Virus record (IMG/VR): IMGVR_UViG_3300029982_000012
Source: a virus
Strand: one strand, 5' to 3'
Length of the DNA stretch: 64,000 nt
The translations under genes and the position numbers were made by a program. Below, in pieces: positions 26,913-36,970 of the stretch (the first letter of the stretch is position 1; each line of letters starts with the position of its first letter). The notes below the pieces were generated by a model. It ran no database searches. It was not told the origin of the DNA and saw only the letters and a list, made by a program, of their open reading frames with translations.

Positions 26913-28727
26913 TTAGTCTTCGTCCTCTTCTAACATATCAGAAATTAACCATTTTAACAAATCTAAAGAGTGTGGTTTTGGAGCATACATAGCAGCCACC
27001 GAATTTGGTGCTATTTGAGCCATTAATTGCAATGACTGCAACGAAAATGGATCTCGTTTGAATCTCATAAGTGGATCCACATACGCTGCAGGACTGCCCA
27101 TAAAGCGTCCTTTTATTTGACCAACATCTAAGTATTTATCCCAAACGAGTTGAATTCTTTCGTTAAATGGTACTTCTCCAGCCATTCCTACACCGATAGT
27201 TGGTTTATCGACATAGTTCAGCACCTCATCATAGGTCATGTGAGTGGGCTGATCTTGTTGTAAGCGAGTAGATTCTTGTTCCTTAGATTCAGCATCTAAT
27301 CCAGCAATTTTGAATACTACGATTTTTGCTAGAATAGGGTCAATGATCGGAATCAACCTTTGATTAAAAAATGTCTCAAGATGCTGGATAATTGGAACAA
27401 ATCCAGAGTCGCGAGCAGCTTCTAATTTGAATTCGTTATTTGATTCGCTTAAAGTCTGACTATTAGAACCCTTACTTAAATGGCCATATCCTGGAAGTTC
27501 ATCAGGAGACATTTGGAAGGTCGCGAGAATGTTCCTTGCAATTTGGTCGTAAATGAATTCAAATGAATCATCTGCTTTATCGTTTGCAAATGAAAGCCAA
27601 TCAATGCTCTCGGTTGGAGATATACCCATTAAAGGAGTACGGAATGAGTTTTGTACACCATTAATACTTGCTTGAAACTCTTGTCTGAATTTCTCTAATG
27701 TAGGAGAATCAACGTCATCCGATTTAATGACCAATGCTCCACGAGTAGCTCTACCATTTTGGAAATAAAGTCTTTTCCAGGTATCAATACTAATATGGGT
27801 AGTAATTGAAGAAATTGCAGTTTCAATTGGTGGTACAGGATATCCGTTCTTTTCAACATCTGTACATGGATAGAAGTCGTGCATCAACAATTCTTCATGA
27901 GTGAAATACTGTTTTGCAATACCTTCTACTTGTTGACACCACGCATACTTATCTTCTCTAAGTTTATCGTAATCAATTCCGATTTTATCGCCAGTAATTC
28001 TTTCAAGTTCTTTAATGGCAAGAATTCTGGTATTAACTCCAGCCTGCTCACCATTTCTTACTGTCTTAAAGATGGTGCCGGAATCGATTGGTCTAAAACG
28101 ATTAAATGGGAATCTACCTTCTGCATCTGGTTCTGATTCTCTATCATAGATGACCTCTGTACCCATCCAACCAAAAGTAAGAGCGTTCTCCACAGAAAGG
28201 GCCAAATACTGACTTAAAGTCATTTTTTGTTGGTTTTCAAGACCTTCTGTATGACCGCAATTTAAGAGAATTGTTTCAAGTCTTTTAATTCGTTCTGTAA
28301 CTTTTTCAAACTGTTCCGTATTTAAAAGTTTATAGAATTCAGGTTTGATTTTAATCTCAATACCTTTATCGAAACGATCGGCACGCTTCTTACCAAATTG
28401 GCTAATTTGACCTGCGCGAGTCCTTAAGATAGCAGCAACTAAGTGATCTTGAACCCTTACGAGTTTCAAAAGAGCATCTGGAATTTCATTTCTCTTAGCT
28501 TTAACTACACCGGCATAAGCATCGTTGTAATTTGGGCTTTCCATGAAGGTAAGCGCAGGAGCTCGTTCTGTGGCTTTTCCTATCGAATCATTTAATGCTT
28601 TTTGTAATGGACGTAAGGTGGTACTGTCAGCTTTTAACTGAGCAAGGGGATCCATGTTGATTTCAGCCGAAAGCGTCAGCGACATGTCTTTTTTTATTGC
28701 AGACTTTTCGTTATTTTCATCGCTCAT
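26913..28727 (-). CDS. Portal protein
   Basis: GYPVPPIE...YFQNGRATRGAL...ILATFQMSPDELPG; near terminase. Confidence 0.9.
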   Translation of the reverse strand: MSDENNEKSAIKKDMSLTLSAEINMDPLAQLKADSTTLRPLQKALNDSIGKATERAPALTFMESPNYNDAYAGVVKAKRNEIPDALLKLVRVQDHLVAAILRTRAGQISQFGKKRADRFDKGIEIKIKPEFYKLLNTEQFEKVTERIKRLETILLNCGHTEGLENQQKMTLSQYLALSVENALTFGWMGTEVIYDRESEPDAEGRFPFNRFRPIDSGTIFKTVRNGEQAGVNTRILAIKELERITGDKIGIDYDKLREDKYAWCQQVEGIAKQYFTHEELLMHDFYPCTDVEKNGYPVPPIETAISSITTHISIDTWKRLYFQNGRATRGALVIKSDDVDSPTLEKFRQEFQASINGVQNSFRTPLMGISPTESIDWLSFANDKADDSFEFIYDQIARNILATFQMSPDELPGYGHLSKGSNSQTLSESNNEFKLEAARDSGFVPIIQHLETFFNQRLIPIIDPILAKIVVFKIAGLDAESKEQESTRLQQDQPTHMTYDEVLNYVDKPTIGVGMAGEVPFNERIQLVWDKYLDVGQIKGRFMGSPAAYVDPLMRFKRDPFSLQSLQLMAQIAPNSVAAMYAPKPHSLDLLKWLISDMLEEDED

Positions 28728-28730
28728 ATA

Positions 28731-29534
28731 TTAACCCATCGACGCGAAAAACAGATTTGCAGTAGTAGCGCTCATGTTTGTAACCGAAAGAGAGTAACAT
28801 GGGCCAGCCATAAAAAATACTGCTGGTTGGGTTACCCCATTGACCTGAAATGGATTTAAAGCCATAGCCGTTCCATTATTATATATCACGGAGACCTGTT
28901 GATCGCTCTCAAAATAGATAAAGGCAGCTGGTTGATAGAAAAGTATTTCTTCATTGGTAGTATTAGTTGCAGCCTGCGACATAGTCACGTTAGTAACGTT
29001 CGTAAAACCAGAAAATGCAATAGTTGCATCCCCAGTACCGCTCACCAAAGTTAGAGTTCCAGGAGCAGATGGAGGTGTCGCTCCCCCTGTAGAGACTAAT
29101 AAGGACCCGCTCACTATGGTTCCAGAAACAGTGAAGTTCAGTCCATTACTACTATAAACGGCCCCAGCAGTCGCATTTGAGCCCGATACGGTGAAGTTGT
29201 ATTGAATGGGGGCAATACTTAGAACGGTAGTTCCAACCGGGATTGAAGGTCCTACGATCAATTGATCTATAGCTATTCCTACAGGACTCCCGAATACAAC
29301 CAAAAGAGGCGTACCGTTGATAGAATAGCTTCCAGAGTTCGTTATAGCGGAAAATGGATAAGGAACGATATTTGGGGTTGTTACCGAAGGAAGTACTTGA
29401 ATTTGTTGATCATTTTCTATATTAAATGGAATTCCATTTATTTCTCTTAACCATTTAAAGTTATTTTGAGAAGGTACAGTAGTTGGGACTAAATCCGCGT
29501 AACTATTCAGAAAAAATTGTAGATTGGTTTTCAT
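28731..29534 (-). CDS. Putative virion surface/structural protein
   Basis: Ser/Thr/Gly-rich beta composition; late motif upstream. Confidence 0.55.
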   Translation of the reverse strand: MKTNLQFFLNSYADLVPTTVPSQNNFKWLREINGIPFNIENDQQIQVLPSVTTPNIVPYPFSAITNSGSYSINGTPLLVVFGSPVGIAIDQLIVGPSIPVGTTVLSIAPIQYNFTVSGSNATAGAVYSSNGLNFTVSGTIVSGSLLVSTGGATPPSAPGTLTLVSGTGDATIAFSGFTNVTNVTMSQAATNTTNEEILFYQPAAFIYFESDQQVSVIYNNGTAMALNPFQVNGVTQPAVFFMAGPCYSLSVTNMSATTANLFFASMG

Positions 29535-29568
29535 TAGGTATACCTCTTAGTAGTTAAGATTGGAAAAT

Positions 29569-31437
29569 TTACTCAAAGCTCCAATGGAAGCCCCCACGCT
29601 TGCCCGTACCACCCTTCACTGTGGCCTTACCGAGAGCCCTATCTAGTTCTCTTTGCATCATTTCATGTTGTTCAGGGGTATGTTTTTGTGCTTCTGGGAT
29701 ATTGGGTGCAGAAGGATCCATAGCCGTAATATTGGGTCTTTGAGGCCCACTTAAAGGAAACATGTTCTGTGCCAAATATCTTAGGGAATCGCATATATCT
29801 GCAATACCAGCATCATCATCTGGAGTAGAAGTAACTTGTCCTTGACCATCCAGTAAGAATCTATGTTTCATGATGGCGGTTCTGACTTTTTTAGTACCTT
29901 CTGTTTCTAATACTTTTAAAAGTCTTATACCGGTAGCAGTCATTATTTTACTTCTAACACTTCCGATACCACCCATTACATCCTTGGTAAATTTTGGACA
30001 CGGCATTCCATTCCTAACAAATGCTTTAATATAGGCCGGAGCAGACGTATCACAATACCATTTTCTTACATTGTATCTATCTTTAAAGTTTAATGCCACT
30101 GGAACCAAATCTTGTATTTCAAGTTTTGGACTAGCGAAACAATCTATGACCCATACTTCACCATTTGGGGCAGTGACCATAGCCAAAATAACCGCATCAT
30201 GGGTATGTCCCCAATCCACACCACAAGAAACGGGCAGATCTAACTGTCTTATAATAGCGTAAATATTTTCTACGGTAATATTGGAAGGGGCCTTAGTACC
30301 AATTAAAGTTTCATACGCTTTCTTTATAGAAATCACGTTTCCTACATCAATTTTATCAGAGTATCTTGGGTAAACCAATCCTTCAGAACCCGGCTTCCAA
30401 CACATTAATTCTGCAGAGGCTACATCAGAATCATTCTCCGCAAATTTCTGTATAACGCTCGTGATTGGTTTATAAAATCCACCAGTAGCAGTTTGTGGTT
30501 TCTCAGAAAGCCTAGTTCTACATACGGGAAGTAATTTACAGCCTACGCAGCCAGCATGAACATTTGGTAGCAAATCATACTTAACTTTCTCGATATCTGG
30601 AAGGCCATTAAATTCTTCTCCAGAAATTTGTATCAAGGGCAGTCCCTTCGCAACAAACATGTCTTTTTTTGGCAATTCTGGTTTATGTCTTGAAGTTGGG
30701 CATGCCTCTGTAACATCAAGGATATTCCAATTTAAAACTTTATAATTGGTTTCTGGCGCTGCATCTAAAGCATCTTGCATGTTACCAAAACTATATTTTC
30801 TAGTACTAAGATAGACCTTTATGCCATGAAATCCACGACTATATCCTGTTATATTTACCGCTTGCTTAATTGCCTTTTTATCGGCCAAGTCTAACTCATC
30901 TAGAAATAAAAAATTGGCATGCAAACTGTTCATACCCTTAGCGGTACAAATAACGATTTTAATGAAAGGGGTTTCTCCATTGGGAGTCCTGTATTGAATA
31001 GTACGCTTGTTTTGCGTCATATTCTCCCAGCCGCTGATTTCTAATAGGGCCGAGATCTTCATTACGAAATCGTTAATGTAACCAATTGCTACTGCCGATT
31101 GCGTTTCTGTAGCTGCACCATGAGCAACAGTTCTGGAAAAGTGCAACATCAATAAAAGTTCTAGAATAGCAACCGAAACGGTTTTCATTCCTTCTCGGCA
31201 AGACATTAGAATGAACCCAGGATTTATATCTCCAGAATTATTTTTTGCTGTATGGTATACCTGCCATATAGCATCTAGGGGTGAAGTGTTAGAATCGGGA
31301 TCGGTTATTTCGAGAGGTAGTTCGAGATCGAGGAACATCCTAGCCCAATCCTTAACATCATCTGCACAGGTAAGAGGCGAGAACATGAGTTCCGCCATTT
31401 CCTTTTTTTGATCTTCATTTAGAGATTTAAAATTCAT
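29569..31437 (-). CDS. terL: Terminase large subunit
   Basis: Variant Walker A CREGMKT, Walker B FLFLDE, LST, nuclease CGVDWG...DICDSLRY. Confidence 0.9.
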   Translation of the reverse strand: MNFKSLNEDQKKEMAELMFSPLTCADDVKDWARMFLDLELPLEITDPDSNTSPLDAIWQVYHTAKNNSGDINPGFILMSCREGMKTVSVAILELLLMLHFSRTVAHGAATETQSAVAIGYINDFVMKISALLEISGWENMTQNKRTIQYRTPNGETPFIKIVICTAKGMNSLHANFLFLDELDLADKKAIKQAVNITGYSRGFHGIKVYLSTRKYSFGNMQDALDAAPETNYKVLNWNILDVTEACPTSRHKPELPKKDMFVAKGLPLIQISGEEFNGLPDIEKVKYDLLPNVHAGCVGCKLLPVCRTRLSEKPQTATGGFYKPITSVIQKFAENDSDVASAELMCWKPGSEGLVYPRYSDKIDVGNVISIKKAYETLIGTKAPSNITVENIYAIIRQLDLPVSCGVDWGHTHDAVILAMVTAPNGEVWVIDCFASPKLEIQDLVPVALNFKDRYNVRKWYCDTSAPAYIKAFVRNGMPCPKFTKDVMGGIGSVRSKIMTATGIRLLKVLETEGTKKVRTAIMKHRFLLDGQGQVTSTPDDDAGIADICDSLRYLAQNMFPLSGPQRPNITAMDPSAPNIPEAQKHTPEQHEMMQRELDRALGKATVKGGTGKRGGFHWSFE

Positions 31438-31445
31438 TTTTATTA

Positions 31446-33233
31446 TTACAGCCCACGAGCCCTATTTAGGGCGGGATTCTGATAAGCATCTGGATTCTGA
31501 CTTACCTTACGCCACTCCTCGTCTAGACTCGCTTCTTTGCGCTCGAAATCACCATCCCTTGGGTGAACAACAATTCCTCCTAGAGTTCCAAGCACGCCTG
31601 CAATTTCAACTGAATTTCTTAAAGCTTCGCTTACAGCCTTACAAGCATCAAAAAGTCCCAACTCTTCGGGTTTTCCGAATACTTGGTTTTCGATATCATA
31701 AACGTCTTCTGGGTTATTAACTAGGTGTGCAAGTACTTCAGAGGCTTGCTCTTCGTTATATCCAGCATTTTCCAATAATCGATTTACAACACTGACCAAA
31801 GAAGGCATAAGAATTTCTCGTGCAGGATCCCCTTCTGCCAATTCTTCTGAAATTTTTAGTGCCATATTAAGAATTACCCGTCCTCCTCCTGGAAGGATTC
31901 CATTGGTAAGACTGCTTCTAATAGAACACACCGCATCTTCAGCCCGATCACATCGTTCCTTAATATCGCCTGGAGAAGAGCCTACAACTGTAAGTTTTGC
32001 AATCCCAGACGTAATTTTTCCAATACGCTCTTCTAACCAAGAAGATTCTGCTTTTGATTCTGCTCTCTTAAGTTGTTTTTCGAGTTCTTCGGCACGATAT
32101 TCAATATTGAATTCATCTGGTGTGCCATCTAAGGTACTTCTAAAGCGAGTAGACTCAAAACTTTCCATTCCACTTCCTAAATCTTCAAGCGTAGCCTCAT
32201 GAATCTGATTTTTAAGACCAAACACTTTTGCTCCAGTAAAAGCTGCCAAATCGACCAACCAATGACTTTGGGCGTTCATGAATTGTGCCATAGGAGCCTT
32301 AATTGGGAGTACCCGTAGAGTTCCTTTTTGTTCGAAGTTAAAAGAAAGAGTTGAGATTACAGATTCTGAAAATCCATTAGCAACCAATACGATGCTTTTC
32401 AAGTCTTTTCCTGCCGCAGGATCTTCTTGGATTCTAGCCTCAATCGCATTAAAAAGAGGGCTCAACGATAATAGGTCTTGTATAGCGCCATCAAAAATTA
32501 TAAATTTTGGGTTTTCCAAATAACAGCGTTGATTTCCCTGATCGTTGATAAAACTAGTAAAGTATTTACCATTACTTTCCTCAAGACCAATTGGAATTGG
32601 GTATCCCTTAATTCGTTCAACCTTATAACCACTTGGACCAGGAAGTTCTCGGATTGTAACGTGACTATTTTCGCCAAATCCAACTTCTTCAAAACATTTA
32701 AGTACAGCCTCCGCAAGAACCTTTTCTCCATTAACACTGACCGTAGCCACCTTTAATAATAATTCTTTGGATTCCTGAGTTACTGGAATGCTCTGTTCTT
32801 TAATGTAGGGTAGCAGTATTTCTTCCATAACTTTTTTAATACGTCTTACGGTTTTCTGTGGACTTTCTTTGGGATTTCTTTCACAAAAACCAAAGATGTT
32901 TTTGATTAGTTCATTCGCTAAAACTGCGGTTGTAGTCGTACCATCCCCAGCTTCATTTGCGGTTCTAAGTGAACAAGATCTAGCGACCTCAATAATACTA
33001 TGCTTAAATGAATTTTGATGAGCCATCGATTGGAATACAGAAATTCCGTCTTTGCTAATACGATCCGAAATGTCCTGGTGGTCCGACTCCAAAAGGCAAA
33101 GTTTGCCTCCGGGTCCTAAAGTGGCACCAACTAACAGACTGATATCGTTCATAGTTTCCAATACGATTGATTTAATTTTTTCTTTGTCTGCCAGATAAAG
33201 TTTAGGTGCCGTTTTTGCCTTACGATAAGCCAT
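31446..33233 (-). CDS. groEL: Phage-encoded GroEL-like chaperonin
   Basis: ATLGPGG, SKDG, AGDGTTT, ERCDRAEDAV, GILPGGG. Confidence 0.93.
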   Translation of the reverse strand: MAYRKAKTAPKLYLADKEKIKSIVLETMNDISLLVGATLGPGGKLCLLESDHQDISDRISKDGISVFQSMAHQNSFKHSIIEVARSCSLRTANEAGDGTTTTAVLANELIKNIFGFCERNPKESPQKTVRRIKKVMEEILLPYIKEQSIPVTQESKELLLKVATVSVNGEKVLAEAVLKCFEEVGFGENSHVTIRELPGPSGYKVERIKGYPIPIGLEESNGKYFTSFINDQGNQRCYLENPKFIIFDGAIQDLLSLSPLFNAIEARIQEDPAAGKDLKSIVLVANGFSESVISTLSFNFEQKGTLRVLPIKAPMAQFMNAQSHWLVDLAAFTGAKVFGLKNQIHEATLEDLGSGMESFESTRFRSTLDGTPDEFNIEYRAEELEKQLKRAESKAESSWLEERIGKITSGIAKLTVVGSSPGDIKERCDRAEDAVCSIRSSLTNGILPGGGRVILNMALKISEELAEGDPAREILMPSLVSVVNRLLENAGYNEEQASEVLAHLVNNPEDVYDIENQVFGKPEELGLFDACKAVSEALRNSVEIAGVLGTLGGIVVHPRDGDFERKEASLDEEWRKVSQNPDAYQNPALNRARGL

Positions 33234-33477
33234 TTGTTTTCTCCAAAACTTCTTTTAGTGTAATAAAATCAATATCATGATCCGTAGGAAGACCAATAAT
33301 TGGGACTCGCCTATTGACATTCCCAAGAACTTCTTTGAAAGCTTGCGATAATTCATTAAGAATTCCGCTGTCGAGATCGTCGCCTCTCACAATAATGGCC
33401 AATGGTTCTCCATTTTCCGGTTTGATAATTTTTGTTTCACAAGTTTTTAGGTATTCAAGAATAGAATCGTTAGCCAT
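33220..33477 (-). CDS. Hypothetical protein
   Basis: AGGAG SD; overlaps the groEL start. Confidence 0.65.
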   Translation of the reverse strand: MANDSILEYLKTCETKIIKPENGEPLAIIVRGDDLDSGILNELSQAFKEVLGNVNRRVPIIGLPTDHDIDFITLKEVLEKTNGLS

Positions 33478-33557
33478 TATAATCTCCTTGGTCTTTAAAT
33501 ATGTATATCACGAGAATTTATTTGTATTTTAACATTTTTAGAGTTATATTCCTATAA

Positions 33558-35066
33558 GTGGACGTAACTATAGTATCTCCCATTAAAGCCTATATATCGA
33601 ATTATACAGAAGATGAACTTTATTCCCTAAGGAAAGAGCTCACTTATACCAATACCGCTATTCAGCATCTAATTAAGAGACATTCCGACAACTGGCGATG
33701 GAAAAATCAGAATATAAATTCTTGGGAAGCCCATCTAGAAGGTCTTAAAAAGGATCTAAAGAAATGTTTGGTATTCGAGGACGAACAAGGCTTCTATATT
33801 AGGCCAGGATCCATACCTCATTTATCAACTTTCAATTTACAAGTCGTAAACAACGTCCAGTACAAAAACTTCACCAAAATTCCTTGGAAGAACCCATTCA
33901 AATTTGAATTACATCCCTACCAAAAAGATTCTGTAAAGAATTTGATCGCGGAAAGACATGGAAATGTCAGTATTACTACAGGAGGAGGGAAAAGTGCTAT
34001 AATATTAAACCTTTGTAAGGAAATGGGCTTAAGAGCCTGCATCGTAGTTCCTGGTAAAGGAATATTCCATGAATCTATTGAAAATTTTGAACATCATTTA
34101 GGTAAGAAAAATGTAGGCTATTTAGGAGACGGAAAAAAGAAGTACGATAAAAGATTTACGATTGCTATTGGAGACTCTCTTGCGAATATTAAGGAGGGAA
34201 CTCCAGAATACGAATTCTTCTCGAATTTGGATGTATTGATTGTAGACGAATCCCATACTTTTGCGGCAGAATCCTTAGAGACAATCTGCCATGGAATTCT
34301 TGGTAAAATTCCCTACCGTATGTTTTTATCGGCAACCCAAAGCCGTGGAGATGGAAGTCTCCCACTATTACAGTCAATTATTGGCAAAACAGTATACGAA
34401 TTAACGACTCAGGAAGGAGTTGAAAAAGGGTACATCTGTGCACACGAGTTTAGGGTAGTGTCTTTAGAATCTTCTAATCCAAGTTTCAGCGCTAATGACG
34501 GTCTTGCCCAAAAAAGGGCTCATTTTTTAAATAATAAAAATATAGCTTCTTTTATTGCAAAATTAGCCAATGCAACTGCTATTTCTCAAGGAAAACAAAC
34601 TCTTGTTTTATGTGAAGAACTTAGCCAGATAGCCATGCTAATTCCTCTTCTGGAAATTCCTTATGCTATTGCACATAGCGAAAAGAATACCAAAAGACTC
34701 GCAGAATTGGGCCTACAAAAAGTAAAGGTCTCAGACAGTATTGAAAAATTCAATAAAAATGAAGTTAAGGTTCTAATTGGTACAAGTTGCCTACATGTGG
34801 GAGTAAATATATTTCCATGTCATTCTGTAGTAAATTGGTTTGGTGGAGCAAGCGATATCAAGGTAAAGCAGGCCGCCGTAGGCCGCAGCGTTAGGTTCGG
34901 AAAATCGAATCCTTGGGCGTCTAAGTGCATACCCAAAGATAAAGCAATTATCTACGATTTCCAGATTTTAAATAATCGTACTATGGAAAGACACTTGCAA
35001 TCACGAATAGAATGCTACTTGGATAGCGGACAAAACCTCATTAAATACATTAAATTAAAGACTTAA
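33558..35066 (+). CDS. SF2 DNA helicase (UvsW-like)
   Basis: HPYQ, TGGGKS, DESH, SAT, QAAVGRSVR. Confidence 0.9.
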   Translation: MDVTIVSPIKAYISNYTEDELYSLRKELTYTNTAIQHLIKRHSDNWRWKNQNINSWEAHLEGLKKDLKKCLVFEDEQGFYIRPGSIPHLSTFNLQVVNNVQYKNFTKIPWKNPFKFELHPYQKDSVKNLIAERHGNVSITTGGGKSAIILNLCKEMGLRACIVVPGKGIFHESIENFEHHLGKKNVGYLGDGKKKYDKRFTIAIGDSLANIKEGTPEYEFFSNLDVLIVDESHTFAAESLETICHGILGKIPYRMFLSATQSRGDGSLPLLQSIIGKTVYELTTQEGVEKGYICAHEFRVVSLESSNPSFSANDGLAQKRAHFLNNKNIASFIAKLANATAISQGKQTLVLCEELSQIAMLIPLLEIPYAIAHSEKNTKRLAELGLQKVKVSDSIEKFNKNEVKVLIGTSCLHVGVNIFPCHSVVNWFGGASDIKVKQAAVGRSVRFGKSNPWASKCIPKDKAIIYDFQILNNRTMERHLQSRIECYLDSGQNLIKYIKLKT

Positions 35067-35117
35067 TTAAAATCCATGATATATATCTTTTAAGACAGCA
35101 ACTTAAAGGAACATATT

Positions 35118-36155
35118 ATGGCAAGACAACCTAGCAAAAAGTGGAAAGACTCTCATGATCCGTCTTTTGCCCAGTTAGCACTCGAAATTCAAAAAGCAAT
35201 TGAACGCAATAAAGACGGTACTACCCAAAAAGAACAAGTAGAGGAATTGGTATCGGCAGAGCAGGATTTTCACGCATTGGTACTGAGTTACCGAATAAGT
35301 ACTGAAATCTACAAAAGGTTTATTCAACTAATTCGAATTACAAACAACAATATCTTATCTGCTAGACCTTATTTTAGGGAATCCTCCATAACTTTTTCTG
35401 AAAAAATTACTCCTGCCTTAAAAACAAAGGATCCAGAGGCACTAAAGAAATTTAATGTAAACTACCATTTTGTTAAATTCTGCAAAGATCATTGGATTGG
35501 ACTCTGGCCAAAGAAGATTGAAATGCTATATCAAAGGGTTAAGAAGGCAAGAACCATCCTTATTGAAAACAACATGCCATTAGCTGTGAACCGGGCTAAA
35601 ATTTTCTATAGAAGCACGCCTAAAGGCCATCTAAGTTTTATGGATTTAGTTGAGGTAAGTTCCATGGGACTTGCTGCTGGTATTGATAAGTACACCGGCT
35701 CATACAAAAAGAATTACATGGGGGTAGCCATTGGTCGCATCGTTGGTAACCTAATCGACGCATACAGTGAGACCGTAATGCACTTTTATCCCTCAGATCG
35801 AAGAATCCTATACAGGGCCAACAGTATCCGTGGCAGGCAAGGAATTACGGATATAGAGGAGTTGACTAAAGCAGTCAATGAAAGTTTCGTAAAAGATCTT
35901 GAAGAAGGAAGAACCGCACCAAAACCAGTTACGGCCTCAGATCTATGGTATTTGATGTCTGCAGCTAGTCTTATTTCATCTGATTCAAATGATGGGGAAG
36001 AAGGGTTTGGGGTCTACAGTTATACTCCCGATAAAGCCGAAAATGCGGAAGAGACACTTAGCAAGAAACAACAAACTGAGCAAATTTCTGAAATTTCAAG
36101 AAGTATGCCGCTTATAAACCAAAAGGTGTTGAGACTTAAGGGTATTGAAATTTAA
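35118..36155 (+). CDS. Phage RNA polymerase sigma factor (region 2 clear, region 4.2 apparently absent)
   Basis: LIENNMPLAVNRAK.F...LSFMDLVEVSSMGLAAGIDKY matches sigma70 regions 2.1-2.3. Confidence 0.8.
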   Translation: MARQPSKKWKDSHDPSFAQLALEIQKAIERNKDGTTQKEQVEELVSAEQDFHALVLSYRISTEIYKRFIQLIRITNNNILSARPYFRESSITFSEKITPALKTKDPEALKKFNVNYHFVKFCKDHWIGLWPKKIEMLYQRVKKARTILIENNMPLAVNRAKIFYRSTPKGHLSFMDLVEVSSMGLAAGIDKYTGSYKKNYMGVAIGRIVGNLIDAYSETVMHFYPSDRRILYRANSIRGRQGITDIEELTKAVNESFVKDLEEGRTAPKPVTASDLWYLMSAASLISSDSNDGEEGFGVYSYTPDKAENAEETLSKKQQTEQISEISRSMPLINQKVLRLKGIEI

Positions 36156-36202
36156 TGTTGTTTTTTCTTTTAATTTAATATATGCTAATTTAAGGAGAAT
36201 AT

Positions 36203-36403
36203 ATGGAATCAGAATTACAAATTGATTTAGATTGTCTGAAAGAAGATATTAATTTGGGTAATGTTAGGTCCGTACCTGCCAAAACAGTTATGGCCCTAGT
36301 AGACCGAATTGAAAGGTTAGAATATTATCTTGAACAAGAAAAAGTGATCAATAAATCTTTTTCTGAAATGGTAAAACTTTTGAAGCATGGAGCAGAATTG
36401 TGA
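36203..36403 (+). CDS. Hypothetical protein
   Basis: AAGGAG SD. Confidence 0.65.
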   Translation: MESELQIDLDCLKEDINLGNVRSVPAKTVMALVDRIERLEYYLEQEKVINKSFSEMVKLLKHGAEL

Positions 36404-36732
36404 TTTTTTCGTTGAATAACCGATTATTGCTAGAAGAGTATGTCAAAAAAGGTCTCGAATCAAAAGTCGTAGGCGGCATTGCGACTCCAGGCCAAAGAGA
36501 TGGTATCAAAAAATTAAAAATTCTAGCTGGAACTAGGCTTGCCGATGGAAGAGATATTCCTGCAGGATCGTATGCGTATTTAAGAGAAGAGGCCCTTCAT
36601 ACTCAAGCATGGTCATCTAAACTATTTACTTGCGAGGGCATTACTGGTAAATTCATCCTCGTTGATTTGCAATGGGTAGAATTTATTGAAACCAATTCCA
36701 CAATATCAAAAACTCCGAATCCAGGAGAATAG
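36400..36732 (+). CDS. Divergent GroES/gp31-like co-chaperonin
   Basis: SLNNRLLLE...ESKVVGGIATPG...KILAG.RL.DG...AGSYAYL...FILVD..WVEFIE parallels GroES PLHDRVIV...ETKSAGGIVL. Confidence 0.55.
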   Translation: MIFSLNNRLLLEEYVKKGLESKVVGGIATPGQRDGIKKLKILAGTRLADGRDIPAGSYAYLREEALHTQAWSSKLFTCEGITGKFILVDLQWVEFIETNSTISKTPNPGE

Positions 36733-36745
36733 TTTTACCCATAAT

Positions 36746-36970
36746 ATGAGAATCGGACGACTCTACATCAATTTAATAGACGGATCTCTAGAATTTGGAT
36801 TGGAGACCTTTCCCTGTAAATGTAAGTGCATGAACTTAGGTTTCATTTACTTTATTTGGTCTGATGTAGACTGTAAATGTGCTGCCTGTAAACAGTTTGA
36901 GTGTATTTGTTCTTGCGAATGGTGTGATCAAAAATTTTATAAATGTGAATGTGGCGATGAATCTGCATGA
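36746..36970 (+). CDS. Small Cys-rich protein
   Basis: CKCKC, CKCAAC, CICSCEWC, CEC. Confidence 0.5.
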   Translation: MRIGRLYINLIDGSLEFGLETFPCKCKCMNLGFIYFIWSDVDCKCAACKQFECICSCEWCDQKFYKCECGDESA

